DNA of 64,000 nucleotides from a virus. Shown piece by piece: positions 57,070 through 64,000 of the stretch (position 1 is its first letter; the number at the start of each line of letters is the position of its first letter). A program made the position numbers and the translations under genes. The DNA is taken from positions 32,001 to 96,000 of IMG/VR virus record IMGVR_UViG_3300033182_000487, one strand, 5' to 3'. The notes beneath the pieces were generated by a model. The model was not told the DNA's origin and searched no databases. It worked only from the letters and a program-made list of their open reading frames with translations.

Positions 57070-58308
57070 ATGAGCAACCACGACGACTTCTGGACCAGCC
57101 TGGCTGCGGGCCACACCAACACGGTGCTGGCTGGCGCGATGGACTCCCACCTGTCGGGCAAGAGCATCGACGAGTCGTTCGGCTCCGTTCGCACCCTGAC
57201 CGACGTTCACCGACAGGCCAACGCGCTCTCCCTCCCCGTCGAGGCGGGCACGAAGGTCGTGTTCGCTGGCGGCCTGGGCGCGCACATGTCCTACGACGAC
57301 GTGCCTGCTGATGGGATCACGGGCGAGGTCGTCACGGTCAAGTCCGCCACGGGGAGCATCACCCACCACGACGGCAAGGTCTTCGTGAAGTGGGCCGACG
57401 GCAAGTTCCGTCCCATCCACGCCGAGCACCTGCGACTGGCTGGGCACGGCAAGCAGGCTTCCGGCAACACCCTCAAGGTTCTCCGTGACGGTCGCGAATA
57501 CTGGATTGAGAGAGGTGGTCACCACCGTACATGGGATGATCGGTTCAAGGGCCCCTTTACCGCTGCTGATGTCGTCGGAGAAGTGGAGAAGCGCCTCAAG
57601 AAGGATCCTGATGTGGTCGTCATGGGGCGCAATCACTCTCTTGGTCGGAGCGGTGCGGCAGACGCATACAGTACGGCACCCTTCGTCATCCTTGACCGCA
57701 GGGGTGATGTGGTCGATGAAGGCTACACCCTTGAAGGTCTTTGGAATAAGTGGTTCGACCGCTTCCTCGGTTGGAGGATGGCTTCCTCGATTCAGGCATC
57801 CGACGTCAAGGCGACGTTTGAGAAGATCAAGGCCCTGGCCGAGAAGAAGCCGAAGAACAAGTTCCTCAAGGACTTGCTCAAGCAGATGGCCGACGAGGGC
57901 TTCACTCCCACCGAGAAGCAGATGAAGGTGGTGAAGGAGATCGAGGGCGAGATCGAGCAGCAGTCCGAGATGAAGAAGGAGTTGAAGGGCCTCGACAAGG
58001 ACGCCGCGTTCGACCCGAGCATCATCGGCGAGAAGAAGGGTGGCCCGGTCGAGCATGACCCCGAAGACAAGAACATCATGAGGCACTTCGGTCAGGGCGA
58101 CCTCCACGGCATGGCCGAGATGGTCAAGGGCAAGACGGCAACCTTCCGGGTCGCCAGCCTCGGCGACCTCACCCAGTTCCTCAAGGTCGCGGACGGCACA
58201 CTGGTCCACAAGAGCACCAAGGATCTCTGGTCCTTCAACAAGGACGCCGACGGCAACTTCCTCGTCTCTCGGCTGTTCGACGACGAGGGCGAGCCCTTGA
58301 AGGTGTGA
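57070..58308 (+). CDS. Modular late protein
   Basis: SH3-like module G.V...VFVKW.DG; KQAS/RMAS/RVAS linkers; C-terminal LVHKSTKDLW module. Confidence 0.65.
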   Translation: MSNHDDFWTSLAAGHTNTVLAGAMDSHLSGKSIDESFGSVRTLTDVHRQANALSLPVEAGTKVVFAGGLGAHMSYDDVPADGITGEVVTVKSATGSITHHDGKVFVKWADGKFRPIHAEHLRLAGHGKQASGNTLKVLRDGREYWIERGGHHRTWDDRFKGPFTAADVVGEVEKRLKKDPDVVVMGRNHSLGRSGAADAYSTAPFVILDRRGDVVDEGYTLEGLWNKWFDRFLGWRMASSIQASDVKATFEKIKALAEKKPKNKFLKDLLKQMADEGFTPTEKQMKVVKEIEGEIEQQSEMKKELKGLDKDAAFDPSIIGEKKGGPVEHDPEDKNIMRHFGQGDLHGMAEMVKGKTATFRVASLGDLTQFLKVADGTLVHKSTKDLWSFNKDADGNFLVSRLFDDEGEPLKV

Positions 58309-59762
58309 CCTTGTCTGCTGTGTCCCTATCGAGGACCGCTTCACGCTTCTCCGACCAGTACGAGTCTGCGGGGACGCTGGGTGGCGTGGACCCATCCCTT
58401 GCGAAGGAGATGGCTCAGTCCGGGTTGCTGGACGGCGACTCGGAGGACGACAAGATCCCCACGTCGTCGAAGCCCATCAAGTCCGTCCAGTTGAACCCAT
58501 CGCAGACGACCCTCGTGCTGAAAGACGTGGTGGGCATCGCTCTGGAGATGCTGCTCAAGCGGCAGGGCCTCGGGGAAGACCTGGGAGCCCTGGTGTCCTC
58601 CGACCGCTACATCATGGACGGGCACCACCGCTGGGCCGGGAGCATCCTCGCTCATGGCCCACGAGCCTCAGTGAAGGTGTGGCTGTCCTCCCTGCCGGGG
58701 AAGGAACTCGTCCGGGTGTTGAACATCGTGAGCAAGGGGGCCTATGGGGTCACCTCCGGGAACACAGGCACCGGGTCCATCAACGACTTGACCCCAGCCA
58801 ACGTCCGCCGCCAGTTGGAGACGTTCCTCCGCGAGGGGCGGCAGCACAAGCATTTCTCACCCTCAGCCGAGCAGGTGGCGAAGATCCTGGAGACCAACTT
58901 CGGGTCGGTGGAGAACGGGGTCAACGTGCTCGCCGAGCGGGCGAAGTTGATCCCGAAGGCGGTCCCCTCCTGGGCCCCTGTCCGGGACCAGATGCCGGTC
59001 ATCCGCCGGAAGAAGGTCCAGGACGCAGCGAAGTTGCTCACTCAGGGGGTGGTGGACTGGGCCCCGCCCTACTCCGACTCCGAGCGCAGGGCTTCATTCG
59101 GTAGTGCGTCTATGGCCCCCCTCCCCGTAGGAGAGACATCCATGCGTCCTGATCCCACCCGCGTTGCAGCCCGATACGCTTCGCAGTCGAAGACTGCTGG
59201 CATGGTCCGTACTGCGGGCGAGGTCCGCTTCATCAAGGACCGCAGCGGTGACGCTGGCGAGTGGGCTTTCGGCCCTCCCGGTCCCAGCGAGCGTGACATC
59301 CAGCAGGACTTCGTGTTCAACGCGAAGCACCTCAAGCCACTGGCCCAGACCCTCCGGTCTGCGCTGATGGCCCTCGGTCACGTCACCAGCGCCTACAACA
59401 AGTTCGTCAAGATCAAGAGCCGCAACGTGTCCCCCGACGGGTCGCTGGGCGGCAAGGGGTACATTCAGAAGATCCCCGACATGCGACGGCAACTGATGAA
59501 CTGCGTGGAAGCACTCTCCGCTCTGACCGACACCATCTACGACGAGATGACTGCACCTCACTGGAACCCCACCGAGGACACCCTCGACCCCCGCGACCGT
59601 GAGGAGGTCAAGGAGATCATCGAGGACGCCGAGGAGATCAAGGACGATCCCGAGGCGTGGGCGTCCGGTCAGGAAGAAGAACTCGACGCGGAAAACGAGG
59701 AGGCGATGGGCAAGACCGCTCGCCGTGTGATGCTTCGGTACGCGAACAGGAGGCTCGCATGA
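58305..59762 (+). CDS. ParB/Srx-like nuclease domain fused in frame to a second late protein
   Basis: LVSSDRYIMDGHHRWA; internal late motif (59099-59113), RBS and ATG at 59142. Confidence 0.65.
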   Translation: MTLSAVSLSRTASRFSDQYESAGTLGGVDPSLAKEMAQSGLLDGDSEDDKIPTSSKPIKSVQLNPSQTTLVLKDVVGIALEMLLKRQGLGEDLGALVSSDRYIMDGHHRWAGSILAHGPRASVKVWLSSLPGKELVRVLNIVSKGAYGVTSGNTGTGSINDLTPANVRRQLETFLREGRQHKHFSPSAEQVAKILETNFGSVENGVNVLAERAKLIPKAVPSWAPVRDQMPVIRRKKVQDAAKLLTQGVVDWAPPYSDSERRASFGSASMAPLPVGETSMRPDPTRVAARYASQSKTAGMVRTAGEVRFIKDRSGDAGEWAFGPPGPSERDIQQDFVFNAKHLKPLAQTLRSALMALGHVTSAYNKFVKIKSRNVSPDGSLGGKGYIQKIPDMRRQLMNCVEALSALTDTIYDEMTAPHWNPTEDTLDPRDREEVKEIIEDAEEIKDDPEAWASGQEEELDAENEEAMGKTARRVMLRYANRRLA

Positions 59763-61933
59763 GCAACGACAAGACCGCAGAACTCGACATCCTCGCGGAA
59801 GCCTTCCTGCCCTCCGACCTTCTGACCCCATCCCTGGGGTCCAACTACGGTCTCGATGGCTACCCCGACATGGAGTACAACATGGGTGTGCTCGATGCGG
59901 TGGTGAACCCCGACTACCACGAGTCTCCCGCTCTCCCGACAGGCGTCCGTATGACGGCTGCTGCGGAGATGGATGTGCAGGACATCCTGGACGGGCAGCC
60001 CCTCGCCGATCTGGACTGGCTTGATCCCAGCCAGATGCAGGACGAGGAGCGCCTCCCCGAAAACCCTGTAGACCTCGGAATCCCAGAACTCATTGAGGCA
60101 TGGGGTGTGAACCGCCGCACCGACGGCACGCATCTCACCGCGCACCAGCGCGATCTCACCCGCGCTCGCTACGAGCAGTCCCTGGAGGACACGGGTGGTC
60201 GCAAGCGCGTCAACGCTCGCACCATGGAAAAGGTGATCACACACGCCATGCGCCGGTCCATCGAAGGGCAGCACATCGACCGTGTAGTGCGCGAAGCCGC
60301 CGAGAGCCTGGGAACCGAGTTCAAGCGCATCGTCCCGCACCTCCGTGCCGTCAAGGCGGATCACGGACTCGCGGGCAACGTGTTCATCCGTGCCGCCGCC
60401 TACCCCGGATGGGGTGCTGGCAAGGGCAAGGATCACGCGAAGAAGTACGCGAAGCAGGCCCGCTACATCATCGTCTCCGAGCGAGACATGGAGCAGGCCA
60501 CCTGGATTCAGAACGGTCGCTGTGCCTACACGGGCAAGGTGGCTGTGACCCAGGTGCCGTGGGAGCGGGCCCTCGCCTACTATGCGCCTCGGCTGGAAGC
60601 CACAGGCCGGAAGGTTGCATCGGGTGATCCGAAAGCAGCACTCCGGGCAGCCTTCCTGACCAACCAGACCCAGCGTGTTGCCCACGGTGAGAACCTCCCC
60701 GTCTACAAGGCGGCGGGGGACGACATCACCGCTGCGGAAGCACGCCTCGCCGTGGATCAGGCCGACACCACCCGTAAGGTGGTCGAGGTCACGGAAGCCC
60801 ACCTCCGGCAGCGTCTCGCTGCGTGGCGGAAGGCTCACATGCTCGACGATATGCAGGTGCGATCCATCATCGACAGTACGGCCTCACCCAATGACAAGTT
60901 GGCCGCAGCAGTCGAGATGGTCACCGCCACCCGACGTGGCTCCTTCACAGGGGCTGCGAACCGTGGGGAGGATGCGGCGCAGGAGCGCCACGAACGCACC
61001 CTCGCCGCGAAGCGGGAACGTCGCCAGGCCCACAGCGAGCGGTTGGCTGCTCTCTCCGAGCAGCGCCGACAGGAAGACATCAAGGCCCGCGTGGCTACCG
61101 TGCTCAAGCACATCGAGCGTGGGGCCCGTGGCTCCTACCTGCGGAAGATCATCGCGAAGACGATCCCGCAGGAGTACGCCAGTGCAGCCACCCCGATGCT
61201 GCTGCCGACCCTCAAGAAAACGGGGGCTCTGCGAGACTCCGTGGCGAAGGTCGCGTCCTACGACGGCCCTGTCTTTGAGGTCGCCCAGCCGGAACGGACC
61301 TCGGTGACGCTCACCGCGCACGAGACGGCTCTGGCGAAGGCTGCATCGGCTGGGGGCACCAGCGTTCCGGTCATCCGTGGCACCCTCCAGAAGATCCGGC
61401 AGGCTATGTCCGAGGGCATGGCGGGCAAGGATCTCAGCGGGTTCATCGGGCTCCGCTTCACCGAGCGGGTGCTGACCGCCTCCACCGACCTGATCGCAGA
61501 AATCCGAGGCCGCCACGAAGGCGCGTCCGGTCACCTGTACGTCGATGCCGAAGCCTACGCTTCGCCTACGGGATCAGCGGGCTGCGAGAAGGCCGCGTCG
61601 AAGCACCGCGCCAACCAGATTCCCTCCGTGGCTGCCATGGACCGCTGCGCGTCCTGCACACTGGTCCGCACCCTGGAGGACGGCACCCGCAAGTGCGGTG
61701 CCTACAACAAGACCCTCCTGGATGACATCACCGGGGATGACATCGACAGGATCAAGGCGGCCAACATCAAGGGCGCTGACATGAACGACGCCGAGGTCAC
61801 CGCCTCACTGTTCGCTCCTACCTATGATCCCTCCGAGTTCAACCTGCACAACGCGAACCTGGAAGGCATCGAGACCGCCCTCCCCGAGACCGAGAAGTTG
61901 TCGGAGATCTTCTTTGGTGGCTGGGATCTGTAG
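59759..61933 (+). CDS. Large hypothetical head-associated protein with a C-terminal Cys cluster
   Basis: ATGA-coupled; KTA/KVAS linkers; GC..RCASC..KC. Confidence 0.6.
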   Translation: MSNDKTAELDILAEAFLPSDLLTPSLGSNYGLDGYPDMEYNMGVLDAVVNPDYHESPALPTGVRMTAAAEMDVQDILDGQPLADLDWLDPSQMQDEERLPENPVDLGIPELIEAWGVNRRTDGTHLTAHQRDLTRARYEQSLEDTGGRKRVNARTMEKVITHAMRRSIEGQHIDRVVREAAESLGTEFKRIVPHLRAVKADHGLAGNVFIRAAAYPGWGAGKGKDHAKKYAKQARYIIVSERDMEQATWIQNGRCAYTGKVAVTQVPWERALAYYAPRLEATGRKVASGDPKAALRAAFLTNQTQRVAHGENLPVYKAAGDDITAAEARLAVDQADTTRKVVEVTEAHLRQRLAAWRKAHMLDDMQVRSIIDSTASPNDKLAAAVEMVTATRRGSFTGAANRGEDAAQERHERTLAAKRERRQAHSERLAALSEQRRQEDIKARVATVLKHIERGARGSYLRKIIAKTIPQEYASAATPMLLPTLKKTGALRDSVAKVASYDGPVFEVAQPERTSVTLTAHETALAKAASAGGTSVPVIRGTLQKIRQAMSEGMAGKDLSGFIGLRFTERVLTASTDLIAEIRGRHEGASGHLYVDAEAYASPTGSAGCEKAASKHRANQIPSVAAMDRCASCTLVRTLEDGTRKCGAYNKTLLDDITGDDIDRIKAANIKGADMNDAEVTASLFAPTYDPSEFNLHNANLEGIETALPETEKLSEIFFGGWDL

Positions 61934-61942
61934 GAGGATGCG

Positions 61943-64000
61943 ATGTCGTTTGGGCCCTCAGCACGAAGGGTAGCCCGCCGTAAGCAGGCGGACGCGGACC
62001 ACGCCACCTCCATCGCTCTGATGAAGTGGCTGTCGAAGCAGACAAAGAGTCTGGGGATCGCGCAGCACGTCTACATCGTGGGCGGTGCGGTGCGGAACTT
62101 CGTGCTGGACCAGCCCATCAAAGACATCGACATGGTGGTGGACTCGCTCGCCCTGCGGGGCAACCGCGACTCCGAGTGGGTGGCACAGCGCCTCGCCCAG
62201 CGGATTCCCGGCTCCGCGATGCCGAAGATCCACACCTCCAACCTGGGGGTGTCCACCATCAAGATCACAGGCGACTGGCTGCTCGACGGCAACCAGATGA
62301 AAGGCAAGGACATCGACATCGCGAACGCCCGTGAGGAGGAGTACGCGGTGGACCCCGCGACGGGCGAGTACACCGGACACAAGCCCATCAAGGTGAGCCC
62401 GACCACGATGGAGATCGACGTCTCCCGCCGTGAGTTCACGTTCAACACGCTCATGTGGTCGCTGATGTCGGTCGCCGACGGCCCCGACAAGGCTGAAATC
62501 ATCGACATCACTGGCTGCGGTCTGCGCGACTTGAAGAACCGCGAGATGCGCTGCCCCAGCGATCCCGACGAGACGTTCGCGCAAGACCCCACCCGGATCA
62601 TCCGCACCATCAAGTTCGCCTTCAAGTACGGCATGAAGTTGCCACCCGACGTGAAGGCCGCAGCGAAGCGGCAGGCGAAAGGGCTCAAGCGCATCCCGTC
62701 GAAGGCGTGGACCGTGCTCCAGACCATCGTGTTCGACAACCCTCAGTACAAGAAGGCCCTCGACGTCATGGCTGACCTCGGGGTCACGGACGTGCTGGCC
62801 GAGATGATGCAGTCGGACAAGCAGTTCCGCTCCACCCTGGGCAAGTACTCCCAGGGCCGGGGGTTGGCCTACATGTTCGACCTGATGGACGTGGGCATTC
62901 CCGTTGACGAGCCCTTGAAGTTCCTCGACGCGGACCAGCGGAAGCGTCTCCGAGAGGTCACGACGGGCATGGACCGCGATGACGCGATGGCCTACCTGGA
63001 GGCGTTGAAGAACCCCGGCAAGGTCTACGACCGCAAGTTCATCCCCACCCTTGCCAACAGCCTCGGCTACGGCGGCAAGCAGATGCGGAACTTCATGCAG
63101 ACGGTCACCCCGCTTGGCCGGGAAGCCCTGCTGCGTGACCCCAGCCTCAAGGACAACCCGTCGGCACTGATGCGCGAGGTCGAGCAGGCTGCGAAGCGAG
63201 CCCTCCCTACTCGGGTGGCGATGCGGTGGGCCTCCGAGAACGAGCCTACTGACCCTGGCCTGTGGGCGAAGGTGCAGGCCCTCGCCAAGGGTGAGCAGAA
63301 GTCCATGACCCACGACGGCAAGACCATCGAGGCTCCCAACGACGGTGCGGGCTTCAAGGTGTTCCCGAGCGCCTACGCCAACGGCTGGGCGAGCAAGACC
63401 TACGGTGATCTCGGCGGCGGCTGGAAGAAAAAGGCTTCCGCATCTCGCATCGCTGATGCGTGGGGTCCGATGCTCCGTGAGGCACGCAGCCAGAACCCCT
63501 ATGCCACTGATTTCGGGGGTAGTTGGACCATCAAGTTCGACGTTGGACGGATGGAGCCTCTGCTCTGGACACCTTCTGGGTTCAAGGATTCCCGCAAACT
63601 GGACTACACGCGCTCGTCACGCAGTCCGAAGGACTTCCGTACACAGGCGGAAGCCAACCGTGAGATCCAGACAGAGGTGTTGGACTTCATCCGAGACTAC
63701 AGGTCAGATCAAGCAGACCTGATTCGTGGGTGGGGTTCTCGTACCGCTCGCGGCAAGGCGAAGAAGGACGTGGGCCACGGCGGGCTGGACGAGTGGTTTA
63801 GCGGCCACGGCGGGGCCAAGGGGAAGGGCGAAGGTGCTACCTGGGGTGACTGGGTGGCCATCTCCCCCGTGACGAAGACCCTCGACTCTGGGAAGAAGGT
63901 CGAGAAGGGCGACATCGTGGGCGACTGCGGCATCTCCGATGACCCCGACTGGAAGGAGATCACGAAGGGCGGCAAGGATCCGCTCAAGTGTATGCCTCGC
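61943..64000 (+). CDS. Class II tRNA nucleotidyltransferase/poly(A) polymerase-like polyprotein (runs off the window)
   Basis: Hand-translated: YIVGGAVRN..KDID, RREFTFN, FAQDPTRIIR, followed by FPSAYANGW and GLDEWF modules. No stop seen in the stretches translated. Confidence 0.85.
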   Translation, partial: MSFGPSARRVARRKQADADHATSIALMKWLSKQTKSLGIAQHVYIVGGAVRNFVLDQPIKDIDMVVDSLALRGNRDSEWVAQRLAQRIPGSAMPKIHTSNLGVSTIKITGDWLLDGNQMKGKDIDIANAREEEYAVDPATGEYTGHKPIKVSPTTMEIDVSRREFTFNTLMWSLMSVADGPDKAEIIDITGCGLRDLKNREMRCPSDPDETFAQDPTRIIRTIKFAFKYGMKLPPDVKAAAKRQAKGLKRIPSKAWTVLQTIVFDNPQYKKALDVMADLGVTDVLAEMMQSDKQFRSTLGKYSQGRGLAYMFDLMDVGIPVDEPLKFLDADQRKRLREVTTGMDRDDAMAYLEALKNPGKVYDRKFIPTLANSLGYGGKQMRNFMQTVTPLGREALLRDPSLKDNPSALMREVEQAAKRALPTRVAMRWASENEPTDPGLWAKVQALAKGEQKSMTHDGKTIEAPNDGAGFKVFPSAYANGWASKTYGDLGGGWKKKASASRIADAWGPMLREARSQNPYATDFGGSWTIKFDVGRMEPLLWTPSGFKDSRKLDYTRSSRSPKDFRTQAEANREIQTEVLDFIRDYRSDQADLIRGWGSRTARGKAKKDVGHGGLDEWFSGHGGAKGKGEGATWGDWVAISPVTKTLDSGKKVEKGDIVGDCGISDDPDWKEITKGGKDPLKCMPR

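Noticed and set aside
59759-61933. Major capsid protein or prohead protease
   Set aside because: No HK97-fold or protease motifs recognisable by eye.
1-64000. Stop-codon reassignment
   Set aside because: Recognisable genes are full-length in the standard code, and TAG, TGA and TAA all act as stops.

Overview
This is a gene-dense, GC-rich segment of a large tailed-phage (jumbo myovirus-like) genome. The host may be a myxobacterium, but that rests on weak evidence. A replication/recombination block encodes RecD2-like helicase, an SSB-like protein, RuvC, RecA, a split SbcC/Rad50 with SbcD/Mre11, a PD-(D/E)XK nuclease, a beta clamp, clamp-loader subunits, primase and a NusG paralogue. Late/virion genes include a 1722-aa tail sheath, terminase, portal, endolysin, a Dps-like protein, an SNF2 helicase, a C39 peptidase and a CCA-type nucleotidyltransferase. 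There is also a free-standing homing endonuclease followed by a hairpin-dense non-coding tract. Three promoter classes can be read from the DNA: one host-sigma70 type driving a divergent ECF-like sigma; GGGGGGT-N17-GGGTA before replication genes; and CGRTAS-N5-CTAT before late genes. The most striking feature is a set of late-expressed modular proteins. They share short peptide tags (LIRLAxTLPxGSxERRxIL, LRxILAxEGL, RVAxRYA), and their unrelated domains are joined by (K/R)-x-A-(S/A/G) linkers. I interpret this, as an inference, as a capsid-targeting and proteolytic-processing cargo system whose payload includes a sigma-like domain and a tRNA nucleotidyltransferase. All calls come from reading motifs by eye; no database search was run.
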